This document shows, piece after piece, positions 41,682 to 51,711 of a stretch of DNA of 64,000 bases. Within the stretch, counting starts at the first letter, position 1, and every line of letters starts with the position of its first letter. The DNA comes from an uncultured Verrucomicrobiae bacterium (lineage in GTDB: Bacteria; Verrucomicrobiota; Verrucomicrobiia; Chthoniobacterales; JAFAMB01), in contig CAWEXO010000014.1 in assembly GCA_963813025.1 (NCBI GenBank), positions 320,001 to 384,000 on the forward strand, in the 5' to 3' direction. A program made the translations under genes and the position numbers. The notes beneath the pieces are model-generated. The model did not search any database and was not told where the DNA came from. It was given only the letters and a program-made list of their open reading frames with translations.

Positions 41682-43304
41682 CTAATCATACTCCCCCACG
41701 ATCGCCCAATGATCAGCCGTTTGGGCGACGCGATAAATACCGCCCTGGTCTAACTCGATATCCCATTCTTCGGTTCTCCAGCTGGCGCGATCCCACCAGT
41801 GACCAGATAGTTTCCAGGGACCGGCACTCTCCCGGATTTTTCCCGAGATTGTGCTGCTTTGCACGGTGGCAGGTTTACCTTGATGAATTTGGATCCGTGC
41901 GGACAGGGCAGGACGGTAACGGCGGAGAGCCGGTCCGATACGGAAAGTTCGAGCCGGACTGGCGGTCCGAGCCGGACTGGCGGTTCGAGCCGGACTGGCG
42001 GTTCGAGCCGGACTGGCAGAAACGCTTGACGACGATGACCAGGAGAAATCAGGCAGTTTTAATTGAAAGCAATCTGGCTGATGCGTGTCACTCTGACTGG
42101 GAACACCGATCTGATCATTGCCAACCAAAGCGGCTAGCCGGGCCAACGTTTGAAAAAAACGATTGGGATCTTTGAGGCCACCTTGAAAAAGATCGAATTG
42201 ATGATGGTCGGGATGGCTGGGCAGCGCCTCCATAAGAAATGCGACGATTGGGGCGGAAGTTTGCACCGTTTCCAGATATTGCCCGCAGATCCGAAAAAGC
42301 GCTTCGGGATCACGCGTAGGAGCAGGAATTTGCAGGTGACGCACGATTTTTTTACCATTTTCGAGCGAGATCTGCAGGCGCAGTGCAGCGATGAGCCGAT
42401 AAACTGCCTCTACCCGTAAAGAAAGCCGCTCAAGAAAGCGGCGGAGAATAAAAAGAAGCGCTTCGAGAGTTTCCAATCGGTAATCGAATTCGATGCTCTC
42501 GACGAAAGTTTCCGGCGGTTGAACATAGTGCAAAACATTCTTGAAACGTCCGGCTGCCCGATCCCAGAGCGATAGCCCTTCCAAGCCCAGCCGATGTCCA
42601 ACGTCCTCTCTGGGCAGACGAGTCAGATCTCCAAGTGTCCGAATTCCCCAATTTTGCAATATGTCGAGCAGGTAGGGAGAAGGGGAAAGCGATTCCAAGG
42701 GCAAGGTTTGTAATGAATCGCCAAAAATTTCCCGAATCGGGTCAGCAATTTTCGCGGCCTGTAAAGCGATCTCCGGATTCTGGCCAACTCCGGCTTGCGC
42801 TTTAAATCCGAGTTGTCGGAGCTGAGCCAGGAGTTCCTGAAGCCAAGATTGATGCGAATGGGTCTTCTTGCTTTTTAAGTCGAGGGTACAAACTCCTGGA
42901 GCAGTCATTTCCAGGTAGGGTGAAAATCGATAAGCAATCTGGAGTAAGGTTTGTTGGAGTTGTTCTTCGCGCGAAGGCTTAGCCCCGAGCAAAAGGATCG
43001 TCGGCGCTCGGGCGATCGCGAGTCCGGTAGTACTTCCCGGCGGAATACCCGCAGCGAGCGCAACGGGGTTCACTTCGCTGACATGTAATCCTTCTGAATC
43101 CAGTAGCCCAACTGGAATTTTAAAACACAAGTCATCAATTCCAAAGCCTGGCGTCCGGACCGATTGGACGGAGGTGAAAATACAAAGATTATTTGATGAC
43201 TGCTCATCGTATTTATCTCGTAATAGATGATCTTGCCAAGCACATTGTAATTTGTAGAAAGGCACATAAATCACGCCAAATGAGTGACTTTTAGGCGAAA
43301 GCAT
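41682..43304 (-). CDS. imuB: ImuB (Y-family polymerase-like)
   Basis: Between imuA and dnaE2; RFSP..E, WGIRTLGDL, Q.DLF clamp motif, GPWKLSGHWW. Confidence 0.85.
   Translation of the reverse strand: MLSPKSHSFGVIYVPFYKLQCAWQDHLLRDKYDEQSSNNLCIFTSVQSVRTPGFGIDDLCFKIPVGLLDSEGLHVSEVNPVALAAGIPPGSTTGLAIARAPTILLLGAKPSREEQLQQTLLQIAYRFSPYLEMTAPGVCTLDLKSKKTHSHQSWLQELLAQLRQLGFKAQAGVGQNPEIALQAAKIADPIREIFGDSLQTLPLESLSPSPYLLDILQNWGIRTLGDLTRLPREDVGHRLGLEGLSLWDRAAGRFKNVLHYVQPPETFVESIEFDYRLETLEALLFILRRFLERLSLRVEAVYRLIAALRLQISLENGKKIVRHLQIPAPTRDPEALFRICGQYLETVQTSAPIVAFLMEALPSHPDHHQFDLFQGGLKDPNRFFQTLARLAALVGNDQIGVPSQSDTHQPDCFQLKLPDFSWSSSSSVSASPARTASPARTASPARTASPARTFRIGPALRRYRPALSARIQIHQGKPATVQSSTISGKIRESAGPWKLSGHWWDRASWRTEEWDIELDQGGIYRVAQTADHWAIVGEYD
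41947..42018. repeat. 4 x 18-bp in-frame repeat encoding (ASPART)4 in ImuB
   Basis: GTYCGAGCCGGACTGGCG x4. Confidence 0.95.
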
Positions 43305-43926
43305 AGTGTTTTTCCGAAGTGAAACCTCGGTGATAGGGTTGGAATGAAATTTTTGTGAGAATTTGCTGAGAGAGTGATGACAGATCAGCAAATGTCAGGG
43401 CTTCGTTCAGCTGGATCGTTGCTCCAGCGTTTATGACCGTTCGATCATGGGCCAAAACAAGGAGTGCCGTTCGGCTTTGCTCCGCTAACCGCTGAAGCCG
43501 ATACCATGTTGGTCCGGGAATTTTGCGGCTATCCAAATTCTGTTTCAGATCAAGAATGGCCAAAGCTAGGTTGCCGTCCCGGAGCAAAAGATCGGTGGCT
43601 TTAAGGGCTTGCGGCGTGTTCTGACAGCGAATCCAGAGCAAAAGGGGCATTTGTCCAAAAGGATCAAACCCGTTTTTGCCGTCCACGAGCCCGACAAATT
43701 GGGAAGATGCCTGCATCGCGAGAATGAGATGATGCAGCAGGAGAGCGGTTCCAGTGCTGGGAAGGGAACTTATTAATTGAGTGATTGCTCCGCGAACCAA
43801 ACCGCCTCCGAGAGCTTTGTCCAAAACGGGTATCCCCGTAGAGAGGAGGGTAACCGGTCTAAACGTTTCCTGCGGGAACCGGGTCTCCAGCACTTTCCGC
43901 AATTCAATGACTTTGGCGGCAGGCAT
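43291..43926 (-). CDS. imuA: ImuA (RecA-like)
   Basis: STGIPVLDKALGGGL..GAIT, ALKATDLLLRDGN; first gene of the cassette. Confidence 0.8.
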   Translation of the reverse strand: MPAAKVIELRKVLETRFPQETFRPVTLLSTGIPVLDKALGGGLVRGAITQLISSLPSTGTALLLHHLILAMQASSQFVGLVDGKNGFDPFGQMPLLLWIRCQNTPQALKATDLLLRDGNLALAILDLKQNLDSRKIPGPTWYRLQRLAEQSRTALLVLAHDRTVINAGATIQLNEALTFADLSSLSQQILTKISFQPYHRGFTSEKHYAFA

Positions 43927-43928
43927 AG

Positions 43929-43942
43929 TGTTCAAAAGAACA
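43929..43942. promoter_or_regulatory. LexA box, Verrucomicrobia type
   Basis: TGTTC-AAAA-GAACA inside the longer palindrome ATAGTGTTC/GAACACTAT at the imuA start. Confidence 0.88.
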
Positions 43943-43975
43943 CTATCGAGAACGTTTTATTTGTCAATCAAGTTG

Positions 43976-44095
43976 CGAGTCCCCGAGTCCCGAGTTCCGA
44001 GTGGCGAGTCCAGGAGTTGGAGAAGCCAGGAGTGATAAGTGATCAGTGATCGGTAATCAGTTGTTCAGCTAGTTCTTCCGCTCAAGCCGCTACTT
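43976..44095. repeat. Degenerate 7-bp tandem repeats and a partial 44-bp repeat
   Basis: (gagtYcc)n followed by (gtgatca)n-like units. Confidence 0.65.
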
Positions 44096-44185
44096 ATCCC
44101 GCCTTGGTCGTCATCGCGACTACGCCAGGATGCTGAAGCCGGCGTTGGCGCCTGTCGCAGTTCGCCAGGTAATCGCCTCAGCTAG

Positions 44186-44596
44186 ATGCACGCGAATCTC
44201 TGGTTTTGGATCGCCTTTCATGCCGGCGTGCTCGGCGTGCCGGCGGCCTATCAACACCGGGTGCTCTTTTGGGGTGTTCTGAGCGCGCTGGTTCTGGTGT
44301 TCTGATCGCTTTAGGTGTTGCGCTGATTCAGTTGTTTCACTGGGTGCTTTATCTCTTTTGGTGCCTTTTTGGTCGTCACAGGGATAAATGTTCTTTGGCG
44401 GAAGGAAAACGATTGATATCGAAAAAAACCGTTGATCTGGCTGGCGCGCAAGCTCTTGCCCGTAAGCGATACCTACGACGGCATGCGCTTTGCCGTTCGC
44501 CGTGGTTGGCCTGGTTCTGCTGGTCGCGACTGGGCTTTCCTTGCTGGTGAACCGGCAGCATCCGGCCCGGAGAGTGCCGCTCGCGAAGCCCACTAA
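44186..44596 (+). pseudogene. TerC/Alx family membrane protein remnant
   Basis: MHANLWFWIAFHAGVL / GVPAAYQHRVLFWGVLSALVL / LIALGVALIQLFHWVLYLF / LARKLLPVSDTYDG..F, with large deletions and frameshifts. Confidence 0.78.
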
Positions 44597-44693
44597 CGAT
44601 TCACTACCGGTTACCAATGTACGATGATAACTAATCAAAACACCTCGCGTCTGTCGGCCGAGCTGGAAACCCTGCCGATTCCCGTTGGGCAGC

Positions 44694-44789
44694 TCAGGGT
44701 GATTGATTGGGATCGTCCCTTATACAGACCCACCAAACGCAGCCAACTAAGGTAATTCCTAGAAACAGAAAGACTCCCAACGGTAGCAT
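44694..44789 (-). CDS. Candidate 31-aa single-TM protein MLPLGVFLFLGITLVGCVWWVCIRDDPNQSP
   Basis: GGAGG upstream of ATG, a hydrophobic helix followed by a charged tail. Confidence 0.45.
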   Translation of the reverse strand: MLPLGVFLFLGITLVGCVWWVCIRDDPNQSP

Positions 44790-44900
44790 ATGCCCTCCCT
44801 GATGACGGAATGGGGCCCGTGAGTCAAAACCAAATTCTCAATTCGGATTAAAATTTTTCAGAATCGGGCAATAACCTGTCTCAGAATCCGCTTTCAACAA

Positions 44901-44938
44901 GCAACAGACTCTCCGGCGAAGCCGGCGAGTCCTGTTGC
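44901..44938 (-). terminator. Hairpin after the AsmA-like gene
   Basis: gcaacag-actc-ccggc-gaa-gccgg-gagt-ctgttgc. Confidence 0.55.
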
Positions 44939-44944
44939 TGCAGG

Positions 44945-46252
44945 CTAATGGAACAGGCGGTCAAGCAGCGTTTTGGCAGCCTCTCTGGCGTTTTGTTTAA
45001 GGTCATTCGACAACGCGCCTCGGATCGCAGTCACCAAACGTTTCGAGAGATCTTCTCGCGGCTGGCGAAGTGTGCCACTCACGTTGACCCAGGTCCACCG
45101 CAGACCATCTCGCTGCTCCAGGAAAACTTTCTCAGTCGCGCCAGGAATTGATGATAAGAAGTCAGGAGCAACTCCGACCAGGAGAACGCCGGCTAGATCC
45201 TCTCCACGGATGGTGCCGCTGCCCGTGACCCGGATCTGGTCATCATGCCGCGCTTGCAGCTCGCTGATCGTCACGATCTGATCGGCGTACTGTATTTTTG
45301 CCGTCAATTGGTCAAGTGGGATTTCCGCAAAACCGCCTGCTTTGACGAAGGACTGAAATTTTCCGAAAAATCCGGAAAGATCCAGTTTGAGGTTGGTGAT
45401 TTGCAGGCCTCCGGTGGCTTGTCCGCGCTCGAACCGATCCAGATCGCCCGAATAGTCCGCTCTACCTGAGGCGATACCGTCTTGCCCGGTGCTCCGCGGA
45501 GAAATCGCGTTCAGACTGACGTTGGCAAACTCCGCATGAAGATGAGCCAGCGGCGGTCCAGGGACGGCGATTGAACCGCGAAGATGCACAATCCCGCCGG
45601 GGCCGGCCCGAAATGTCGCGTCTTGGATTTGGACGGACTGTCTGCTCACTTCGCCGGTGGCAGCAACCAGATTGGCCGGGAGGAATGCCGGGTGGGACAA
45701 CTCGCCTCCCATAACTTTCACGGTCCACACACCCGCACCATTCTGCTTGGCGTTTACCTGGGAGCCGGACAGCGTGCCCTGAATGTGTTCATCCTTGCTC
45801 CAGTGCAAATCCAGCCGCCTGATCAACAAGCTGGTGATTCGGAAATCGATATTCCAGGATGCCCAACGGAATCGAGGCGGGCTGGCCGGAGGATTTACTG
45901 GTCGCGGCTTTCGACCGAGCTCAACATCTACTTGATCGACGGTTAACTGATCGAAAATAACGCGACCGAGCAGAAGATCGAACCAGCGCAGGTGGGCTGA
46001 GATATTCTTGGCGTGGACCGAGATCAATTTACTTTTCGGTCCCCCGACCGCGTGAAAATCTTCTGAGTTAAAAGTCGTTCCCTTCCAAGTCAAGCGTCCG
46101 AATTGCCCGGCGGTTGCGCCTAAGGAATGACTTACCTTTCGGCTGAGCCAGCCACGAAAATTGTCGCTCTGGAAAAGGGCAATCGCGCTCAGCACGCCGA
46201 GCAAAACGACGATGACGATCGTACCACCAATGAGAAAAATCCTGCGTTTCAC
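44945..46252 (-). CDS. AsmA-like envelope protein
   Basis: N-terminal TM anchor, beta-rich body, V.GTL.QP near the C-terminus; start approximate. Confidence 0.65.
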   Translation of the reverse strand: MKRRIFLIGGTIVIVVLLGVLSAIALFQSDNFRGWLSRKVSHSLGATAGQFGRLTWKGTTFNSEDFHAVGGPKSKLISVHAKNISAHLRWFDLLLGRVIFDQLTVDQVDVELGRKPRPVNPPASPPRFRWASWNIDFRITSLLIRRLDLHWSKDEHIQGTLSGSQVNAKQNGAGVWTVKVMGGELSHPAFLPANLVAATGEVSRQSVQIQDATFRAGPGGIVHLRGSIAVPGPPLAHLHAEFANVSLNAISPRSTGQDGIASGRADYSGDLDRFERGQATGGLQITNLKLDLSGFFGKFQSFVKAGGFAEIPLDQLTAKIQYADQIVTISELQARHDDQIRVTGSGTIRGEDLAGVLLVGVAPDFLSSIPGATEKVFLEQRDGLRWTWVNVSGTLRQPREDLSKRLVTAIRGALSNDLKQNAREAAKTLLDRLFH

Positions 46253-46329
46253 GCTGCTGCCACTGTAGCTCAGGATTTGAAAGGGCAAAAATTTGGGTAA
46301 GACCCACGGTCTTGTGCATCAGCCTTCGA

Positions 46330-46650
46330 TCGGGCGTGTCGGACTTCGGTTTCTTGTTTGGCAGAGCCAATTTATCGTTCGGGCGCTATTCATCGGCAAA
46401 AAATCGGCGAATGTCCCCAACGTGGTCTTGTCTGACGGTCGGTAGGGCGAGAATTCATCCGAGCCTTCGGCGAGGACTCGTTCGAGCCGGACGTTGGGAT
46501 TTCGCCGCGCCCAAAAACGGCTCAAACAAGTTCTCGCCTGGCGCTCAAATGAATTTTCGCCCTACCGATCGTGTCCGGTCGCGAAACAAATTACAAAAAT
46601 CGTACCGACGTGCTCCAAAGTCCGACAGACCCGGGGTCGTCCGCGCTACG
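46330..46650. repeat. Composite REP-like element, empty homolog of the IS110 insertion site
   Basis: Divergent ~50-bp units at 46439-46492 and 46518-46568. Confidence 0.82.
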
Positions 46651-46661
46651 GGACGTAGCCG

Positions 46662-47237
46662 TCATTGCCGCAAAATCTGGCGTCGGAATACGAAAGCCAG
46701 GATGCCGAGCGGAGGAATTGCGAAAAGATGCCAGTACCCAGTCCAGGGCGGGAAAGGCGGTTTGACGTCGATAAAGGCGACCACCGTTGTAGTGTCTTCG
46801 CCCGCCCGAAGCTTAAGCTCTAGTTGCCACTTTCCGGCTTTCGGCAAGTTGACGGTGTTCGAGTACAGCAGCCGATTACCTCCCGCGCCGAGGATGAGGT
46901 GCACGCCGCCGGGCGTGATTGCTCGCGAATTTAGGCAGGCGGGCGGCATCCAGGCCGGCGCGGTCGCGTTTAACTCTATCGGAATGAGCGTGAGGAGAAC
47001 TGTTCCATCAAGCACCGGTTGTTTGGTGTCCAGTCCTTCCAGGAACAAGCTGAAATCGACCAGCCCCGCGCGGAGCGTGCCCGGGTCACTAAACAGTGTC
47101 ACGCGAAAAGGGCCGCCGGTGCTCTCCAACTGGACTGCGCCGCCGTCGCCTCGCGCATCCTGGCGAGAAGAGAGGGCCAGCACGGCGGCAAGCGCGACCG
47201 TCTGGAGCCATCGAAATTTCCCGCACTTCGTGTTCAC
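46662..47237 (-). CDS. Exported/membrane-anchored hypothetical protein, last gene of the respiratory cluster
   Basis: Signal peptide, C-terminal TM segment, overlaps the upstream stop. Confidence 0.65.
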   Translation of the reverse strand: MNTKCGKFRWLQTVALAAVLALSSRQDARGDGGAVQLESTGGPFRVTLFSDPGTLRAGLVDFSLFLEGLDTKQPVLDGTVLLTLIPIELNATAPAWMPPACLNSRAITPGGVHLILGAGGNRLLYSNTVNLPKAGKWQLELKLRAGEDTTTVVAFIDVKPPFPPWTGYWHLFAIPPLGILAFVFRRQILRQ

Positions 47238-49494
47238 GGCATAAAAGACCCGCGCATTTCCATCGGTTCAAAAAGGATCAGCAGACCAACAAGGAAAAGC
47301 GAGGTACCAAGCGTTGCCCAAGGCAGGAAAGCTCTGATCGGCCGGGCCGCGGCATTGAGCTGGCTGATCTTCCAAAAAGCGTAGAGGGCAAGGAGCAGGC
47401 CAGCATCCAGAATAAGGATCTGAAAGTCGAGTATCTCGGGAATACCCCAGGACTGGATGTTCCAGGCCGGCGGGATTCCCGGGGTGATCCGCAGGTCGGC
47501 GGTGATCCTCTGAATCACGGGGATAAAAGCGTGCGCCGCGGTGAAGAGGTGAAAGCAGTTGTGGGCAATCCACATCGCTGCGCCAAGCGGAACGAGTCCC
47601 ATTGCGAAAGAACAGAACACGCGAGAAAAAGGTTTGGCAATCATTCCGGCCCGCCGGCTGAGGAAGGTGCAGCTCGCTACCAGGACCAGGGGCAACAGGA
47701 CCAAAGCGATCAAAAAAAAGACCAGTAGAGTGAGTGGACGCGAAAACAGCCCCGATTGCAGAGAGTAACGATTGATGGCAAGCGAGACGGGAGTCAGCAT
47801 GGCCGCGGCGCTGGCAAACGCCCCGAAAACCAGCACCAGCACAAGCGCCGCCAGATCAGGCCGGTTAGCAAAACGCCCGATGGAGGAGCGGACCCGATCA
47901 TTCCAGAGTTCCCGGCCGGGGAAGGATCGCAAAATGCCGACGTTCGTGTGGGGACATGCCTTCACACAATCCAGACAGAACGTGCAGTCGAGATTCCCTT
48001 TCTTCCGTGGCTGGAACAGTTGGAGTTCGCAACCGCGCTGCGTCGCGTTTCCATGCAAGCAATCGAACGTCCGGCAGGTCCGACAAACGTCCGGGTTCTG
48101 CACCCGCACTTCAGTTGGGGAAGTGAGCGCCTGGACGAAATGAAATTGACCGATCGGGCAGATGTATTTGCAGAAGCTCGCTCCTTTGAACCAGCCGTCG
48201 ACCAGCGTTGCCGCTGCGAAATAAGCGAGGACAATCCAAGCCGTCAGGAATGGAGAGTTCCATAAGCTGAAAGCTTCGTAGGCCCAGAGGTAGAGCGCGA
48301 CCAAGGCGACAGAAATCCACTTGGAGCGAAGCGCCCTGGGCCAAGCGTGGGAGGCCGGGAAAAGCGGCGTCCGACGTCTCGGACGAGCATAAATGGGCAG
48401 CTCATACAGAAGAGGTTACCGGCCAAGAGAAGAGCCAGAACGGTGAGACCGCGCCAGTGAACCCAGGGAAGGACTCCCGCCAGGTTCATCGGCCCGATTT
48501 GTGGACCCAGAAAGCCGTCGGCGATCACCATAAGAGCGATAACGAGTAAAATGATCTGCAGTGATCGCCGGAAAATTCGTGCGCGCAGCACGTAGATCAG
48601 ACGTGAACGCAGAGGCTGCGTCCGCCGACTTGGCAACGATCGTTTTGGCTTTGGGATCGGCGGTAAAGATTTGGGAAGGTTTCGCGGTGAAAGGAACTCG
48701 AGGGTAATCAACCCGGCTGGAATCAGAAAGATGATTGATCCAGGCACCCACATTATGGTGCCGGCGATGTTTTGATCAGCTACTGCGCTCAGGTTTCCAA
48801 GGCGCGGAACGAGGCCGTACGTTGGATAAAGGACAGCGTTATAGAGAGCGAGAAACGCGGAAAGGCCGGTGTTTTGAATGTCGGCCAGCAAAAGATAAGG
48901 AATCATCGCCCAACGCGGCCAATGCGGACGGCTCGGCCAGGGCTGAATCACCGGCCACCAGAAAAGCAATCCGGTGCTTAGGAAACAAAGGTGTTCAAGC
49001 CGATGCCAGCCGCCCGATTTCAAGGCAAGTTCGTAAAACGCGGGCAAATGCCACCCGAGAGTAACAACAATGAAGGAAACCCAACAGAACGACGGGGTGG
49101 GTTACCCGGCGGGCGATGGCCCGGAAAAAACTGGATTTGAGAATGGGAGCGATTGCCGTTCTGGTAAATGAGCGGGGCAAACCGGTAAGTAGTGGCAGAA
49201 ACGGCTGGCCGAGGAGCAGGAGGGGTGGAATGACCATCATCAGCAGCAAGTGCTGAGTCATGTGGACTTCCAGCAGCAGTCCGGCGAAAGTGTTCAAAGG
49301 CGAGAACAGGGCGATAAAAAGGAGCGGCTAAACCCCCTTCAAAAAAGAATAGTTGGGCCCAACCGAAGCGATGCGGCACCAGATGCCGCAGCTTGCTCCA
49401 GCCCTTGAGGTAGAGCAGGGAGGCGAAAGGAGGACGCCAAAGCAGGCCCGAGTTGGATCGACCAAGAGCTGAAAATTGCGTCAGAAAGATCCAT
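47234..49494 (-). CDS. CtaG-like oxidase assembly factor probably fused to a 4Fe-4S polytopic protein (frameshifted)
   Basis: HMTQHLLLMM..PPLLLLG, HRLEH..FWWPV, DQ..AG.IMWVPG; then C..CP, FCKYICP and CTFCLDCVKACP across frames. Confidence 0.72.
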
Positions 49495-49676
49495 GTGGAC
49501 AGTGCCAGTGCGAGTGTCAGTGCCAGTGGCGATGCGAACTTGAAGGACTGCGATGAATGCTAGCCGCTCCCGCGGTGTCGGAAACTTCGCTGCTTTTCCT
49601 TACGAGAAAAGTTTGAAATAGTTCGTCGGACCTTGCGCGCGATTTTTCAGGCTAACAACTGGCACTGGCACTTGTA

Positions 49677-51164
49677 TTACTCTCCCGCCTGTGCCTGGCG
49701 CTTGCGCTCCAGGCTCCCCGGGGGTAGCAGCGGACCAATCGGTTCTTGGGCGGGAGCCGTGTTCGGTGGGCGGAGCGAGATCAGATAGGCCACAAGCGCT
49801 CTGGTTTCTGCCGGAGACAAATTGTTTCCGTACGCCGGCATGTTTCCCCCACCTTGGATGACTTGTCGAACAAGTTGCGGGCCGGCCATCTGTGCACCAA
49901 TCGAAGAGAGATCCGGTCCACGCTGACCGCCCTCTCCACCAATCGCATGGCAATTGCGACACTGCTTGTTCTGGAATACGACGGCTCCCTGGAGTTCCAG
50001 AGCGTGTCTTCCTTTGATAAACTCAGGTTTTGACGGTTGGCTCGACCACGCTTCCATGTGCGGAGACCAAGGACCGGCCATCCCCTCGTAGGTAAGGAGG
50101 CTATGCCGAGGTAGCTAAGAACCACCGTCAGGATGGAGATCGGTCTCCGCCGCCAGTTCTTTTCACCTTCGTTCGCGACGAAGGGCAACCCGAAAAGCGC
50201 AATAAACCAGCGCGGGAAGAACGAAAAACAGTAAAATTTCCGACCCGCTCGGCAAGCAGTGCAGCGGCTGCGAAAAGCGCCAGAAAAGGGTAGTCCGGCT
50301 TGCGTCAGAGATTTGCACGGTAGGGTCAGCCGGAATTCCCGGTCCCTTTGGCCCGACAAAAGCCGCCAAGAAAAACATTACAACAACAAAACACCATTAG
50401 CCACGACATCTTTGTTGATCACTCCCGGAACAAACGGGACACCCTCTTTTTTCAGGATTTCATTGTAGTGCTTTCGTAGTTCTCCTGTCGCACCAGGACG
50501 CCCGGTTCCGGCACTTCGTTGATTCCTTTACTGAGCACCAGGCGAAGGTGCATTCCAATCAGCGCGAGAATCCCACCCGGAAGAACAAAAACGTGCAGGG
50601 CGAAAAACCGGGTCAGCGATTCGTTGCCGATGATCGGACCGCCTAAAAGCAGATTCACCAGAGCTATCGCCGAGACGGGGATTCGACCAAAAACGGCGGC
50701 ACCGATACCGACTCCCCAATATGAGTCCGTATCAAATCGGAGCACCTGGCCAGAAAAAGCCATCCCCAGCACCAGAAACATCAGGACGCAGCCGGAGAGC
50801 CATGTGAGTTCTCTCGGGTACTTAAAGGCGCCCCACAAGAAGACCTGAGTCATGTGCAGGAACATGATCAAAACCATCAGGTTGGAGCCCCAATAATGTA
50901 TGCCGCGAATAAACCAGCCTAGCGGCTGATTGAAATTAAGATGCAGCAAGCTCTGATACGCTTCCGCGGCCGAAGGCACATACACCAGGCTTAGCAAGAT
51001 GCCGGTCAGGATTTGCACGGCGAAGCAGGTGAGCGTCATGCTGCCAAAGTGTAAAACCAGCTGCCGGTGCTCTTCGGAACTGGATGTCCAGCCGTTTGCT
51101 CCCAAAGCTTTACCAGATGCAACCGATTTTCCAGCCACATCGCCAGTTTTTGTAGCGTCTTCAT
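49677..51164 (-). CDS. Cytochrome b with C-terminal cytochrome c domain (frameshifted)
   Basis: GWFIRGIHYWG, HMTQVF, PRELTW, TRFFALHVF; CRNCH in the last frame. Confidence 0.8.
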
Positions 51165-51709
51165 TACGACGTGAGGGGATTGGCCAGCGTCGGTAAAACT
51201 CCGCCCAGAATCATCAGTTCGTTATTCTCGACTTTGTGCTGATATTCGTAGAGACCCCGCGGCGGCGGCCCCGCGGCGTGGGCCCCATCCGCATAAAAAA
51301 CACCTCCATGACAGGGACACATAAACAGCTTCGACTCCTCAAACCACCGAACCGGGCAACCGAGATGAGTGCAATTAACCGCAAAAACCTGAAAATCATT
51401 TCCTGCCTGCCGGCGTACCCAGCAAGGAATATGACTGGTCGATCCATCCTGCGGGTGCGGGTTCGGATTGATGAACGCCACCATGCGGGTCGAGTTTTCG
51501 GGAAATTGATCAATCCGTCCCAAATTAATCCAGCTTAAACCCGACTGTTTGATCAGGCTCGAAGCGATGAATCCGAGAACCGGAATTCCGATCATCGCAC
51601 CCGCGATCGCGTTGATAGCGATGCCCACTTTCAACAGAAAATCGCGCCGCGTTTCGCTGAGTATTTTCTTGTAGTCCGTCGGAGGGTGTTCCGGATCGAT
51701 CGAGCTCAT
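51164..51709 (-). CDS. Rieske Fe-S subunit
   Basis: Tat-like RRDFL, CTHLGC, CPCHG, GPPPR. Confidence 0.92.
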   Translation of the reverse strand: MSSIDPEHPPTDYKKILSETRRDFLLKVGIAINAIAGAMIGIPVLGFIASSLIKQSGLSWINLGRIDQFPENSTRMVAFINPNPHPQDGSTSHIPCWVRRQAGNDFQVFAVNCTHLGCPVRWFEESKLFMCPCHGGVFYADGAHAAGPPPRGLYEYQHKVENNELMILGGVLPTLANPLTS

Positions 51710-51711
51710 AA

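Noticed and set aside
44100..44185. yybP-ykoY riboswitch upstream of terC
   Set aside because: Position and a GGTCGTCATC motif fit, but the 5' GGGGAGTAG and 3' GAGACC elements are missing; at best a remnant.
46312..47244. 310-aa plus-strand ORF and similar long antisense ORFs (e.g. 59902-60945, 62335-63234)
   Set aside because: Shadow frames of GC-rich genes or repeats with no recognisable motifs.
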